From Lama glama (Eukaryota): a DNA stretch of 64,000 nt. The notes under the pieces are model-generated. The model saw nothing but the letters and a program-made list of their open reading frames with translations. It did not search any database and was not told the origin of the DNA. The stretch covers positions 12,092,001 to 12,156,000 of the forward strand of contig CM052817.1 of the NCBI GenBank assembly GCA_028534125.1, read 5' to 3'. This document shows positions 1 through 12,924 of the stretch, one piece after another (the stretch's first letter is position 1; each line of letters begins with the position of its first letter). A program made the position numbers and the translations under genes.

Positions 1-754
1 CTTATTTGCTCTTCTAGGTCAAAAATAAAGCTCTCAACAAGAATCTACAGAATTGCTTTATAGGAAAATCATGTTTTTTTTTCTAACTCTATAATGTATC
101 TTGGGAGATACCTTTATTGTAGGTGCTCTTATATTTTTACTCAGGTTTTCATCCAATGTCTCAGCTGTCCTCTTTCATTGGGTCAGTGTTGTGGTCACTC
201 CACATGGTCTTCTACTTCCTGAGTGCTTACTCTCTTTGAAGAACTGGTGATTTTTCTTTTTTAGATTATGGGGCATCTGGCTGGTTACCGCTATATCCTA
301 GAATGTGCTGAGGAAGAGGATCTCTTCCCCTGCGGGGCAGGAGGCAGTGTGCAAGAAGAGGCATTGCCTCCCCTGACCAGGAACTTGAAAGATGCTCTCT
401 CCATTATCTTGGTTCCCTGGACTTTTAGAGCCACGACTCTGTCTATTCACTTTTATTGCAGTTTCTGTCCTATCCATTGTCTCAAGCTGTTTGATGAACA
501 TTACCTTTCTCTGATTAAAAAAAAAAGTACAAAATAATCATAATACTTTTTCCATCCATATTCAGTTTTCCTCCTAGTGCTAAAGCATGAGGAAGCTGTA
601 AGGGTTCTTCTGACATTCATTTTGGCTCTCTGAGACTCAGTTTCATCTTAAAGATTTTACTTCTTGAGGTAATCATTCTTTATTCTGATTATTTCTGGTA
701 TACCCTACACAGAACTGCCTGTATAAGGGGAAAAGTCAGACTTGATAGAAAACC

Positions 755-900
755 ACAGCATATCATTGTTAGAGGGAGAAAGTTTCTGGAATCTAACTTG
801 AGTTTGAATCTCAAATGTGTCATTTACCAGGTTTAAATGTTGGGCAAGTGATTTAGTTAAAGCAGAACTCAATCCATTCTCCTTAAGCAGTGTTTTAAAA
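755..900 (+). mobile_element. MIR SINE fragment
   Basis: gagtttgaatctc…catttac…ttgggcaagtgatttag resembles the MIR core. Confidence 0.55.
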
Positions 901-1518
901 TTACCTTGAAATTTAGTTGTGTTACTTAAGAAATGATTTTATATACTATTATTTATACTATTATTTGATGGGGTTTAAACTTGAACTCAGGACTGTCTAA
1001 TTCTAAGGATACTTTTTTCTCCTACTACTTATATAACCTTATTTATTATAATGTAACTTCCAGCTTGTATTCTAAAAATGTTATATATCATCATCACAGA
1101 AATTTACTTTTAATATAATCGTCATATGACACAAAGTACTATTCCTTAAAAAATTTTCCCACCATTTAAAAATGTAAGCAAATGTAGATCATCAAAAGAC
1201 TGTATTACAACTGGATTGGAACTGAGGGTTGAGTGGAGATAAAAGAGAGATGATACATGTTGTGTGGGGGCGTGAGAGGGACAGAGAGATAGAGGTAAAG
1301 ACAGAGATACATGTGAGAAAGAGAGTGACGAAGGCACATACAAAGAAAAGAAAAAGGAAGAGAGAGATTTGGCCTTTGGCTTTCCACTTTATGGAATAGT
1401 AGTCCAAGCCAATTAGATCTAAAAGCAAGATAAGACAACTCTAGCTGACACTTTTGGATATGAATACAAACAAAAATAATTGATCCCTTAATTCTGTCAC
1501 TAACTAGTTAGTTTATAA

Positions 1519-1848
1519 TAAGGGTCAGCAAACTGTAAACCGTGAGCCAAATCCAGCTTGACATCTGTTTTGATAGAGCCAGCAAGTTAAGAATTTTTTC
1601 ACATTTTAAAATTGCTAAGAATATTTTTCACATTTTAAAATTGCTAAAAAATAGAAGAATATTTTGTGGCATGTAAAAATTAAATGAAATTAAAATTTTC
1701 ATGACTATATATAAACTTCTGTTGAAGCACAGGCTTACCTATTTGTTTATATGTTGTTTTTGGCTGCTTTCGTGCTTGCTACAAGGCAGAGTTAAGCAGT
1801 TGTCCTGAAAAGTGTATCGCCTGCTGGCCCAGTGTTTGGTATCTCCTG
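1519..1848. mobile_element. MER58B-like hAT-Charlie DNA transposon
   Basis: Degenerate TIRs (agggtcagcaaac… / …tttggtatctcctg); body gccaaatccagc…ggctgctttcgtgct…gcagagttaagcagttg; imperfect 8-bp TSD gtttataa/gtttgtag. Confidence 0.8.
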
Positions 1849-2574
1849 GTTTGTAGACATACTCTTTATAGGGATCCAAATTCTGGCTTGTAAACTTTGG
1901 GTACATGTGACCCATTTTTAGTGTTCAAGGAGAGGTTTTGATGGAAAGTGCCCATCCTCCTCTTTGAGAAGTGACATCAGTAGAGTTGTTTCCAAGTCAA
2001 CAGGTCTAGAAACACACAGTATCCTGCCTCCCATGTGGGTCAAGCTAATAAACATCCAAATAGGTTACACTGTTTGTCTTGCTTTGTTACTGGAACATCT
2101 TAATAATTATCAAATGACTTCATTAGGCACACTCTTCCCATCATACATTTCTAGCGTCTTTTTACTTGCATTTTCACTGTTCTCTATAAACATTGCTGTG
2201 GATTCATCTCCTTATCTTTTATGTCTAATATCTTGCTGAGCTATACCTGGAGGTTAACACTTAGTTGAATTACTAAGAGTGGGTCAAACCAGAATTTCAA
2301 AGGAAAATTCTCTGACAATGTTATTCCAAGGAGCTGTGGGCTCCTCATTCAAGCCATTGCTATATTCTGAAAAAAGCTTTCTATTGCCTTGTTTCTCTCA
2401 AAGGATTTGTCCTTTCTACTGATTTCAGCATTCCATTATCTTTTTTGTTTTTTGTTTTTGTCTGTTTTTTACCCTTCATTAATCTTTTTGTTTATTTCTT
2501 CAGGTATGTCTCTTCTTATTCTTTATAGAAATAAAAAATAGAGCAATGAAAAAAAGAAAATAATATTTAAGTGA

Positions 2575-2760
2575 CTTCTTTAAAATAGCTTTTTCGAGGT
2601 ATAACTCATACACATAGAACTGCCATAATTAATGTATACCATTGAATAAGGCTGTATATGTACAAATATCCATGATATCATAGCATCAATCAACATTAGA
2701 GGCATCCAACATTTTCCAGAGTTTCCTTGAGTCCCTTTGTGTTATTATTTTTGCCTTTTT
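2575..2760 (-). mobile_element. Old L1M 3' end fragment
   Basis: agctttttcgaggtataactcatacac… is typical of an antisense L1MB/MC 3' terminus. Confidence 0.55.
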
Positions 2761-2764
2761 TTTA

Positions 2765-2925
2765 ATGGGGAGTTGTTGTTAAATGGATGTAAAGTTTTGG
2801 TTATACAGATGAATAAGACTTCTGTACAACATGAGACATACAGTTAACAGTACAATATTGTGCACTTCAAAATACCTTAAAAGCGTAGATATCATATTAA
2901 GTGTTATCATATATACATGCAAAAA
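2765..2925 (+). mobile_element. L1M 3' UTR fragment
   Basis: ggggagttgttgttaaatggatgtaaagtttt…gatgaataag…cagttaacagtacaatattgtgcactt. Confidence 0.6.
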
Positions 2926-2954
2926 ACTTCTGAGATTAAGCTCAGCAAGGTGAT

Positions 2955-5265
2955 TAATGCCTATCCTTATCAAACTATTTCAAAAAATTGAAGAGAAAGG
3001 AATGCTTCCAAACTCAACCTATGATGCCAGCATTACCCTAATACCAAACAAGAAAACTACCCTACAAAAAAGAGAAATTACAGGCCAATATTCCTGATGA
3101 ACACAGATGCAAAAATCCTCTACAAAATATTAGTAACCAAATTAAACAATGCATTAAAAAGATTGTACATAATGATTAAGTGGGATTTTTTCCAGGGATG
3201 CAAGGGTGGTTCAGTGCCTGCAAATCAAATCCATGTGATACACCACATAACATGATATAGGATAAAAATCGCATGATCATCTCAATAGATACAGAAAAAG
3301 CCTTTGATAAAATTCAAGATTAATTATGATAAAAAAGTCTCAACAAAGTGGGTTTAGAAGGAACATACCTCCACATAATAAAGGCCAAACATGACAAACC
3401 CACAGCTGACATCATACTCAATGGTTAAAAGCTGAGAGCATTTCTTCTAAGGAACAAGTCAAGGATGCCCACTACCACCAACTTTTTCAACATAGGTAAG
3501 TCCTAGTCACAGAAATCAGATGAAGAAAAGAAATAAAGAGCATCTAAATTGGAAAGGAAGAAGTAAAACTGTCACTCTATGCAGATGACATAATATTATA
3601 TATAGAAAACTTTGAAGACTCCACCAAAAAACTATTCACAGTAATGAGTGGATTCAGTAAACTTGCAGGATTAAAAAAATCCATCTACATAAATCTGTTG
3701 TAGTTCTATACACTAATAATGGACTGTCAGAAAGAGAAATTAAGAAAAAAATCTCATTTATAATTTCATCAAAAGGAATAAAATACCTAGGAATATATTT
3801 AACCAAGGAATTGAATGACCTGTGCTTTGAAATTTATATTACATTGATGAAAGAAATTGAAGACAACACAAATGGAAAGATACAGTGCTTACAAACTGGA
3901 AGAATTTATGTTGTTAAAAGTCCATACTGCTCAAAGCAATCTACAGATTTGATTCAGTGTCTATCAAAATACCACTGGTATTTCTCACAGAACTGAGCAA
4001 ATAAATCCTAAAATTTGTATGGAACCACAAAAAGTCCTGATGAGCCAAAGCAATCTTAAGAAAGAAGGACAAAGCTGATTCACTCTGATTTCAAAGTGTA
4101 CTAAAAGTTGGTAACTAAAATTGTATGTTTTTTCCTGGCACAAAAACAGACACGTGGATCAATGGAATAGAATAGAGAGCCCTGAAATAAACCCACACTT
4201 ATATGTTCGATTAATTTATGATGAAGGAGCCAAGAATATATAGTGGGGAAAGACCGTCTAGACCATTTTCTCACTATACATAAAAAAATAAACTAAATAC
4301 CCCCCACAATTATACAACCCAACTGAAAAATTGGCAGAAGACCTGAACAGAATAGCATACAGATGGCCTGCTGACACAGGAAAGAATGCTCACCGTCACT
4401 AATCATCAGGGAAATGCAAATCAGAACCACACTGAGATGCCGCTTCACACCTATCAGAATGGCTGTAATCAAAAAGGCGACAAAAACAGGCATTGGTGAG
4501 GGTGTGGAGAGAAGGGAACTCTCTTGCATTGTTGGTGGGAGCGTAAGTTGGTGCAGCCACTTTGGAAAACAGTACGGAGTTCCCTCAAAACATAGAAAAT
4601 AGGGCTACCATAAAATCCAGCAATTCCACTCCTGGGTATTTATCCAAAGAAGACAAAAACACAAATTCCAAAAACTGTAGGCACCTGTATGTTCATTGCA
4701 GCATTATTTACAATAGCCAAGATGGAAGCAACCTAAGTGTCCATTGATATATGAATGGATAAAGATGTGGTATGTAAACAATAGAATATTACTCATCCAT
4801 AAAAAGAGTTAAATCTTCCGATTCGCAACAGTGTTAATGGACCTAGAGAGTGTTGTGGGAAGTGAAGTCAGTCAGACAGAGAAAGACAAATACCATATAA
4901 TTTCATTTCTATGTGTGCCATCTAAGAAACAAAACAATAGGAAAAAAACTAAAACTGAAACAGACTTACAGGTAAGAGAATAAGCTGGTGGTTGTCAGAG
5001 GGGAGGGAGGTTAAGGGGGCTGTGCAAAATAGGTGAAGGGCATTAAGAGATATAAAATTCCAGTTATCAAATAATTAATTCACAGGGATGTAATGTATGA
5101 GTAGGGGATATAGTTAATAGAATTGTAACAACTTTGTATTGTGACAGGTTACTTGACTTATCCTGGTAATCAATTTGTAATGTATATAAATGTTGAATCA
5201 CTTTGTTTTACATACAAAATTAACATAACATTGCATGCCAACTGTATTTCAATAAAAATTTTAAA
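2955..5265 (+). mobile_element. 5'-truncated, degenerate L1 (ORF2 RT to 3' UTR; L1MA-like)
   Basis: ORF2 motifs (aattacaggccaatattcctgatgaac = NYRPI.LMN; gcagatgac = [24 protein letters not shown]); 3' UTR and aataaa/A-rich tail; many stops and frameshifts. Confidence 0.95.
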
Positions 5266-6029
5266 ATATTTTTCATATTAAAATAGTTACAAATAAGTTT
5301 AAACTGAATAATCCCTACTTACAAATATTTGCCCCCGTTTATAAATCCTTTCAGACTTCTCTGTAAAAATTGGGTACTCTACAGAAATAAACTTTAGAAA
5401 AAGAGAACAACCTCAGTAAGTTGAAAGAGAAGAAAGACAGAATAATTCAATTTTCCATTGTAATGTTTGAAATGACCAGCTCACCCTCATGGTTTTTTGA
5501 ACTTCTATTCAAGTTTTTGTATATTTGTTATATAAACTCACATCTCATTTGCAGGAGGTTATGTAAGGCTCTCTTAGTCAAATCATCCTTGCATAGCTTA
5601 TAGTCAAATAGAGACTTAGTGTTATGAAACATCAAATTAGAGAAACCATGGAAAATAATTTTAGCTCTTACTGAATCTCAGCTGCATTTTGCCCTGGTCT
5701 AAATTTTTGTGGACCAGACTTTCAGGATAAATGTATGACTTCACAAGTTTGCTTGAATTGTGTGAGAAAGACAGGGCTCATCCAACTGACAGAATCTTGA
5801 AACACTCTGACATTAGTTGCTTTGACTACTTTCAGCTGAGTCAATTTGTTATATTCTGATATTAGTTGACATTATGTATGAATATATCATGGGGGAAATA
5901 GTCCACAAGCTGACATTGTCCTGACCCAGAAATTTCTCCAGGAGCAAGAACTCCACTTGAATACGTCTATTGTGATTTTTCTCAGCCTAAGGAGGAAATG
6001 TGTTGATGTGTACATGCCTGTTCACCTGG

Positions 6030-6290
6030 TCGACATTTACTGAGCACCAGCGATGATAAGGTCTCAAATATAAAGATGAATTAAGATATTGTTAATCCCC
6101 TCAATGTGCTCAGAGTCTAGTAGAGAGGCATACTTGTAAATCATACTACAAGGCGACATACCACATGCTATGGCAGAAGTACGTACACGTGGAGAAAGGG
6201 ACTTAGTACGACACTAAGAGTACAGGGATGTGTAAGAGTAATCAGGACAACAAGGATATCCCATTCCAGACAGAGAGGGATGGGTGATGG
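6030..6290 (-). mobile_element. L2 3' fragment
   Basis: catttactgagcacc…ctcagagtctagt is the antisense L2 3' end. Confidence 0.55.
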
Positions 6291-6803
6291 ATGGTTTCTA
6301 GAGATCTCTCCTCCGGCTTCATGAACCTCACCTCACGTATCCCTGTCCTTGTGGGGTCCCCAACACCTGAATCCGGACTAGCCCTTTGATTCACTCTTAG
6401 TCAGTAAACTGCTGCTGTGTGATTTCTGAGGCTAGAGCTTAAGAAAACCGTACAACTGCCATTTAGGCCTCTTAGGGCTCTTGCTTTTAGGATGATCTCT
6501 CTTGGAACCCATCTCGGAAGTGTACCTGTTTGAGGCCCCCATGCTGTGAGAAGCCTGAGCCATGTGGAGAGTCTCAGAGGATGAGAAATCAGAGAGTCCA
6601 GGAAGCCTCATGCCAAGGCACCAGGCATGTGCATGAAGAAATGGTCTGAGAAGTGTATCTTCTAGCCCTAGCTACTTTCGCTGAAGCCACTTGGAGCAAG
6701 GCCGTTTCTAAAATTCATTATCTTAAAACTAGGAGCAAAATAAAGGATTGCTTTAAACCACCAAGTTTTAGAGTAATTTCTTATACAGCAGTTATTAACT
6801 AGA
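6290..6803 (+). mobile_element. MaLR solo LTR (MLT1E/F/G-like)
   Basis: tgtgatttctgaggctag, ccatgctgtgagaagcc, gccatgtggagag; terminus ttaaaccaccaagttttagagtaatttcttatacagcag. Confidence 0.75.
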
Positions 6804-7029
6804 ATGGAGGGTAATGTACAGAATGCAGAGGTATGAAAAGGTCAGTTTTAACCTAGGAATAGCAAGAAGTTTAATAGCTTATTATGGCTGGAGAAAGAAT
6901 GTTAGGGGAAATATAATAGAACATTTGCAATTACGATTGTGGGGACCCTAGCCCAGTCTGAGTCTAGAGGTGAAGCTGATTTCAAGCACTGAAAGGGACA
7001 ATGATTCAAGTGAGGTCTTTAGGTCTCCT

Positions 7030-7160
7030 TCCACCTCCTCCTCGTTCTTCTTTATCATCATCATCTCCTCCCCCCTCCCTTCTCCCTCCCTTCTCCCTCC
7101 CTTCCCCCTCCCTTTCCCCTCCCCCACTCCTCCTCCTCCTCTCTCTCACACACACACAAA
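7030..7160. repeat. C/T-rich low-complexity tract plus (CT)n(CA)n
   Basis: Directly visible; source of the Pro/Ser-rich pseudo-ORFs at 6970-7219. Confidence 0.9.
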
Positions 7161-8749
7161 CTATATTTGTCACTCTACTAAAGTTTGTGATGTTTTACTT
7201 CCAGTTTCAAGCTGAATAATCTAAGAGACTCTTAGGACTCAATAAGATTCATTTGTCCATCGCTGGATCAAACACAGAGGCCAGTAACTGATTTGCTAGG
7301 TCAAGATTAAATTTTCTGCCCAGGGGTGGAGGGTACTGTGGGTAGTGGGTAGGATCCTATCCAAATCAAATAATAAAGTAAGAAAGAAGCTATTTCCTCA
7401 AGGAACAGGGTGTTAGCCAATAGTTGTTTACTACAGAGAGCGTCACAGGAAGTCAGCCTATCTCAGCAGTTGCTGGTCACAGAAGGTTTTGTATTTGGAG
7501 CGCAGGTATAGCCCGGATTTTGACCAAAGAGTGTTATAAAGTCATTTCAGTTTATGATTGATTAGATGTGTTCTCTTGACTGTTTTGTTTGCATGATGAT
7601 GACGATTTTCTCTGTAGGGAAAATACTGATACCTAATAGACATTTTCTTACAACTCTACAGATGGCTTTGTGTCAAGAAAACCATATTCTCCCATTTAGT
7701 TTGTTTGCTACTAATCTGTGACATATTGTTTCAAGATACTTAGTAATGGAGTTTAGGCTATAGCTATGGTATCAATTCCTTCCTTCATTCATTCATTCAC
7801 TAGATATTTAATAAAATGGTCCTTTCCCAGACCAGTCTAAAGAGACAGAGGCTTGATAGATAAATAGATGACAGACAGAATTGGCCTTGAGTTTCCCACT
7901 GACCAAAAGCAAGTGAGAATGCAAAGACAGGGAGTTATACCAGTTTTGATTTTCTACAAAGGAAAATATAAATTGAAAAATTTCTGAGCAATTAAAAATA
8001 CATTTTTATATGAAGCTTCATATAGAAGACCCAAAAAGCAAAAGAGGGGTACTTAGCAATGTCTTTAATTATATCTTTCTTACAGAAAAAAAAAAAAACC
8101 AACAAATTTTCTGAAACAAGTAAGAGATAGCCCCTACCCTCTAGTCACTTACCTAACAGTATAACAAAGAGGTTTAATCATGAAGAATGGCAGTCTTCAG
8201 GATGCAACTGTTCTGAAGTGGTTGACTTGAGGTGCTGTTGAAATAAAGAGGGTGTGCTGTTGGTACAGCTGGGTCCCAGTGGCTTTGGTTCTCCCTGTGG
8301 AAACACATGTGCTATGGAAATTCATCCACTCTGCTCTGGGATATGCTGGACACAACTCAATAGTGTGTATGACCTGGGTAAATCATCAAAGCTGTTAAGA
8401 TGTTCATTTAATGGCTCTGGATAAGGCTGTGGGAGCAGGAGAGAGAAAGTCTTATGGGAACACAGGATATGACCTAACTTACAATGCCTTAAAAAGGCTG
8501 ACTTCTTCCTAGATGTCTTGGCCTGCCTCTTTGAAGGCCAAGGGAGGTGAAATAACATGTTATTTTAAGGATTTCCCCTGCAAAGAAGAAACTGACATTT
8601 TCTTCCATTTTAATTGGTTACTCTCTTTGACAGCTATCAGAAATATTATTCAGTGTTACTATCCTGTGTATTGTGAGGACAGGAAAAGCAAAAGGAATAT
8701 GAGTCTTTCCTGACAGTAGTAAAGGGAGGCTAATTAAGATATGCATGAG

Positions 8750-9005
8750 GGAGAGTATAGGGTTGTAGTTAGGAGAACAGACTCTGAAGATGGATTCAGT
8801 GGGCGTGAATCCTGACAGCATTCCTTACTAACTCTTTGACCTTGAATGAGTTAATCTCTCTGTGCCTCATCAGCTTCATTTGTAAAATGGGGATAATTAC
8901 ATATAACTCATGGAATTGCTGAAAGGACTAAAAGAATTCATGCAAAGTGCTTGGAACATAACTGACACACAGGACACTAAATATATATGTTGATTGCCAT
9001 TATTG
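8750..9005 (+). mobile_element. MIR, near full length
   Basis: gtgaatcctg…tgaccttgaatgagttaatctctctgtgcctca…tgtaaaatggggataat…aaagtgcttggaaca. Confidence 0.85.
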
Positions 9006-9059
9006 TTTGCTTAGCATATCAGTAACAGCAGTGTCGTTAGATCCCTTCTACTATGATAC

Positions 9060-9087
9060 CTCTATTTACCTACCTACCTATCCATCT

Positions 9088-9142
<55 letters not shown>

Positions 9143-9290
9143 ACTATCTATCTATCATTCCATCCATCCATCCACCCACCCACCCACCCACCCACCCATC
9201 CATCCATCCATCCATCTATCTATCTACCTACCTACCTACCTATCTACATCCCTATCTACCTACCTATCCATTTATCTATCCATCTACCTA
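9060..9290. repeat. Compound tetranucleotide microsatellite (TACC/TATC/CATC/CACC)
   Basis: Directly visible. Confidence 0.95.
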
Positions 9291-9744
9291 AACTATTTGT
9301 CTTTACACATACATATATAATCTCCCTCATCTCAGGTGAGAAAATTAAGTTGCAAATAACTCTCAGCATCTCTGCCTGTGGACCTGGTTGCTATTTTAAC
9401 TAAAAAAAAAAAAAAACTGGTTCAGAATAATATCAATCAAGCTTATGCTGAGTCTGCAGTTATAGGCAAAATGTGTCATTAGATATATTAAAAAAAATCA
9501 GTTTTTCAAGGGAGCAGCAGCCCCCTTGCTCACTAGTCTGTTCTTTTAAGGGGTGCACTTTTCATTTTAAAGGACTGGCGCTCACAGCATTCACAAACAC
9601 TCCATGTATCATTTGCCTCATTCTGTCAAGCACTGCTTTTTCATAAGGTAGGGAAAAAAGAAATCAAAATCACTTGTGGAATGTTTTCAGTTTATACAAA
9701 CCAAGCACCTGAAACCTCCAAGTCATGGAACACCATCTTATCGC

Positions 9745-9990
9745 ACAATTGTTAAGAGCACAGGCTCTATGGTCAGGCTGCCTAGGAATGAATCTGGTTA
9801 GAGACATCCTGGCTGTGTGATCTTCAGCAACTTAACTAACCTTTCTTTGTCCAGCTTCCTCATCTGAAAAATGGAGTAATAATAGCTCCCATATCATAGG
9901 GTTACTGTGAGGACTAAAAATTAACATATGAAAGGCATTTAGGACGGCACCTGGCGAATACTAAGAACTCAGTTAATATTTGCTGTAATA
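9745..9990 (+). mobile_element. MIR, near full length
   Basis: gttaagagcacaggctct…ggctgtgtgatcttcagcaac…ttcctcatctgaaaaatggag. Confidence 0.85.
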
Positions 9991-10049
9991 TTTGCTTAAT
10001 TTATTTTCTATCATTGAAACTAAATAATAGATAGGCCTTTAGCCAGGGA

Positions 10050-10460
10050 CTCTAAGATCACAGCTCCCACCAGGCTCATTTTGGCCCTTTCTCCATCCTG
10101 CTCCTTTTTACCAGTCACACTGAATTCTTTTTAGGTCCTCCTACATGCCAACTACTTTCTAGTCTTATGATTTTAGTGTTGGTTGTTTTTATTGCCTGGA
10201 AATGTCTTCCCCTGGTCTCCTTATCCTCCAGGCCTAGGTCTCAGTTTAATGTCAACAGCTCAAAGTAGAGGTCCCTGAGCATCCCCCACCCCAAGCTCTC
10301 CCTCACCAGGACACTGTGATTCCTGACTTCAGTACCTGGTTTCCTTTGTAGCGTGTATCACAATGTGCAATTATTTCATTATTTGTTGTTCTATTTCTCC
10401 TGTCTCACCACTAAATTGTTAGCTCCATGAAGACAGATTCTGTCTACCCTTTTCACTGCC
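10050..10460 (+). mobile_element. L2 fragment
   Basis: ccagtcacactg…tgcctggaaatgtcttccc…tctcagtttaatgtca…agctccatgaagacag. Confidence 0.65.
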
Positions 10461-10669
10461 TTTCAAAGATGAGCTGATGAAGTCTGAGTATAAACCACAT
10501 AGTAACACAGCACCTGACTATATTCCTTTTCCTTAAAGTTCACTGTCAGATTTCTGGACCTTGCTATTATCTAGTTTTTAATCCAATGTCCAGAAGGTTT
10601 TACGTAATAATAGTGGCATAACTCACCTCAGGGTCTCTGATTGCATCAATTTAGATGCATAATATACAG

Positions 10670-10860
10670 TTTCATAAGATCTTAGAGCTAAAAGGAATCT
10701 TTGACATGTTATAGACCAACATGACCACATTGGTGATGAGAGAGTGGGGTCTTAGAGCAGAGGAATGACTTGTCCAATGCCGTAGATAATCAATGCAAGA
10801 ATTGGGAAAAAAGATGTTAAATCTGCTTTCTTCTCATGGAGTACTTTTTCCAAACCACTA
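10670..10860 (-). mobile_element. MIR/MIR3 fragment
   Basis: tcttagagctaaaaggaatctttga…gatgagagagtgggg…aatgacttgtccaa. Confidence 0.5.
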
Positions 10861-11139
10861 GAGTGTCTTCTTCTGTTTTCACAGGTAATTGTCTTTTATC
10901 ACTTCAAGCCGGAGTCATTTCACTGGCTTCCTAACCTGTTTACGCAACCACTACTCTCCAGAGATTAGAGAGGTTCCTCCTCTTGAGAAACACACGTTTG
11001 ACAGAAATACCATTCTATGTGTAAACACTATCTGGTAATTGCAATTATCCAGACAGCTGTCCAAGGTCAAAGGAACAGCTCTCCTTCGAGTGCTTTCTGT
11101 GGGTTCAGTTGTCCTCTGTGAGTTATGTGCGTTAGCTGG

Positions 11140-11250
11140 TGAAATCCTCACAACTCTGTGTAGTAGGTACTATTGCTTGCCCATCTCACAACTGTGGAAA
11201 CTGAGGCACTGCTTGAGCTACATTGCCGAGGCTCTTCAGTAGCAGGAACC
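11140..11250 (-). mobile_element. MIR fragment
   Basis: aatcctcacaac…taggtactatt…cccat…ggaaactgaggcac. Confidence 0.6.
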
Positions 11251-12214
11251 CTAGGTGGTTTCTCCAGAGAGAGCTTTCCTAGTTAGAGTGCTGTCTTGTT
11301 CTGCTCAAAGCAGAACAGGATGGAGCTTGGGAGAAGGAGGAGGCTGCTTAGAGGGGATTGCACTGGGCTGGGCCTTGAAGGACCTGAAATCCTTGGAATT
11401 CCTGCTGGCCAATCTTTCTCCTCCAGTAACCCCTGTAGGAGCTCACCCTGGCTGGAAATCTCCCTTTCCTTTTTTCTGTGCACATTCATGTTTATGTCTG
11501 TCAAATTAAGAGTTGCCTCCTCCTCTCTATTCTGCGTTTCACTTCCTACCTCAGATAGAATTGTAAGGTGACAGCTCAAAACATTTCTTGAGTATAAAAG
11601 ATTTGCACCAGAATGTAGTTTTGACTTGGTCTGATTTCTCCTGTGAGACCATATTTCTCCATTATACTTAACAACGAACTTGTTATGACAATGGCCATTC
11701 AGTCCTCACTTTTCATGGTGGCCCCCAGGGATGGTTGGAGAGCCAAGCTAGAGCCTATGTTCCTGTGTCCAGTGCATGTAGGGCACACATTGTCCAGTGC
11801 TGGGAGCTCCTGAGACCCTCTTCCTGTTTTAGATTCCAAACACAAACCTAAGCATGAGCTCTTGCTTACCACTGTATGTTTCCATTCCCTTTTAGGGTTC
11901 ATTGAGATGCTTATCATCACAAACTTCTTTTCTTTTTAGTATCTCTTGAAATTTTGTACCTGTTGGCAATGGAGGAGGCCTGTGAAGCCAGGTTTCTCCA
12001 TAAACACATTCTGCCATCTTGGCTGAAATTTACACAATTGTGATCTGCATTGTACACTGCTTTTTTTCTCAGACTTGATCTCAGTTAATTATAAAACCTG
12101 GTTAATTAGATACTACTGTTTTTGGCTTACAGATGGCAAAACTAACTCAGATGTTTTATGATTAAGCCTGCACAGAGGTATGAATACGTGTTTTCTTACA
12201 ATTATGTTTAAACT

Positions 12215-12440
12215 AGAGTGGTCAGGAGCAAGGGATAGGAATTCAGGTGATGCGGGATTGCATTTAGACTCTACAGCTTATTAGCTGTGACATCATGAAC
12301 ATTTCTCCTCAGCACCTCACTTTTCTCATCTGTGAATTAGAGTAATAACTCCTCTGACAAATTATTGCTTATGTGAAGTGTAGCACAGTCAGTGCTAAGC
12401 AATTTGTAAATGTTTTCCAAATGATCATTATTGTTAGCTG
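12215..12440 (+). mobile_element. MIR
   Basis: cttattagctgtgac…cctcacttttctcatctgtgaa. Confidence 0.6.
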
Positions 12441-12924
12441 TTATAGTCAGCTATCTCTCCATTCATGAGTAGGTTAAATTTCCAACTCAGGCTAGAATTA
12501 AAGTATGTTAATCTGGAATGACAAATGTAAAATGCTCTTAAAATTAATATCTATTTCTTTTCATTTTCCAAAATTTTCCATTTCATTGGCTCTAAAGTAT
12601 TGAGATCATTTCTAGATCTTGGAAGATGCAGATTTGCATTGGGATTGGATTTAGGGCCATTAACGGTTATTTTATGATTAATGGTGACATTCACCCCTTC
12701 CTTGCTTTCCCAAATGATTTTATGAAAACTGATCATATTTTGTATTACTAATAAATCTTCAATTTACCGTGTGGGACAAATTGGAAAAGAGTGGTCTAAT
12801 GTTGCATGTTTTTATGTAATTTCCTCTTATTTCTTAATTAACAGTACTGAACAAGCCTACTGTATATTTCTAGTGGTCATTAATAGTACTCACTTCTGTG
12901 CTCTTGAAGGATTTCCTCTAGACC

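Noticed and set aside
268..537. 89-aa ORF preceded by an acceptor-like tract
   Set aside because: No recognisable homology, no donor, and it ends in an A-run; probably decayed repeat or chance.
6970..7219. Pro/Ser-rich ORFs
   Set aside because: Translation of a C/T low-complexity tract.
9007..9403. 94- and 116-aa ORFs with SIYL/HPPT repeats
   Set aside because: Translation of the microsatellite.
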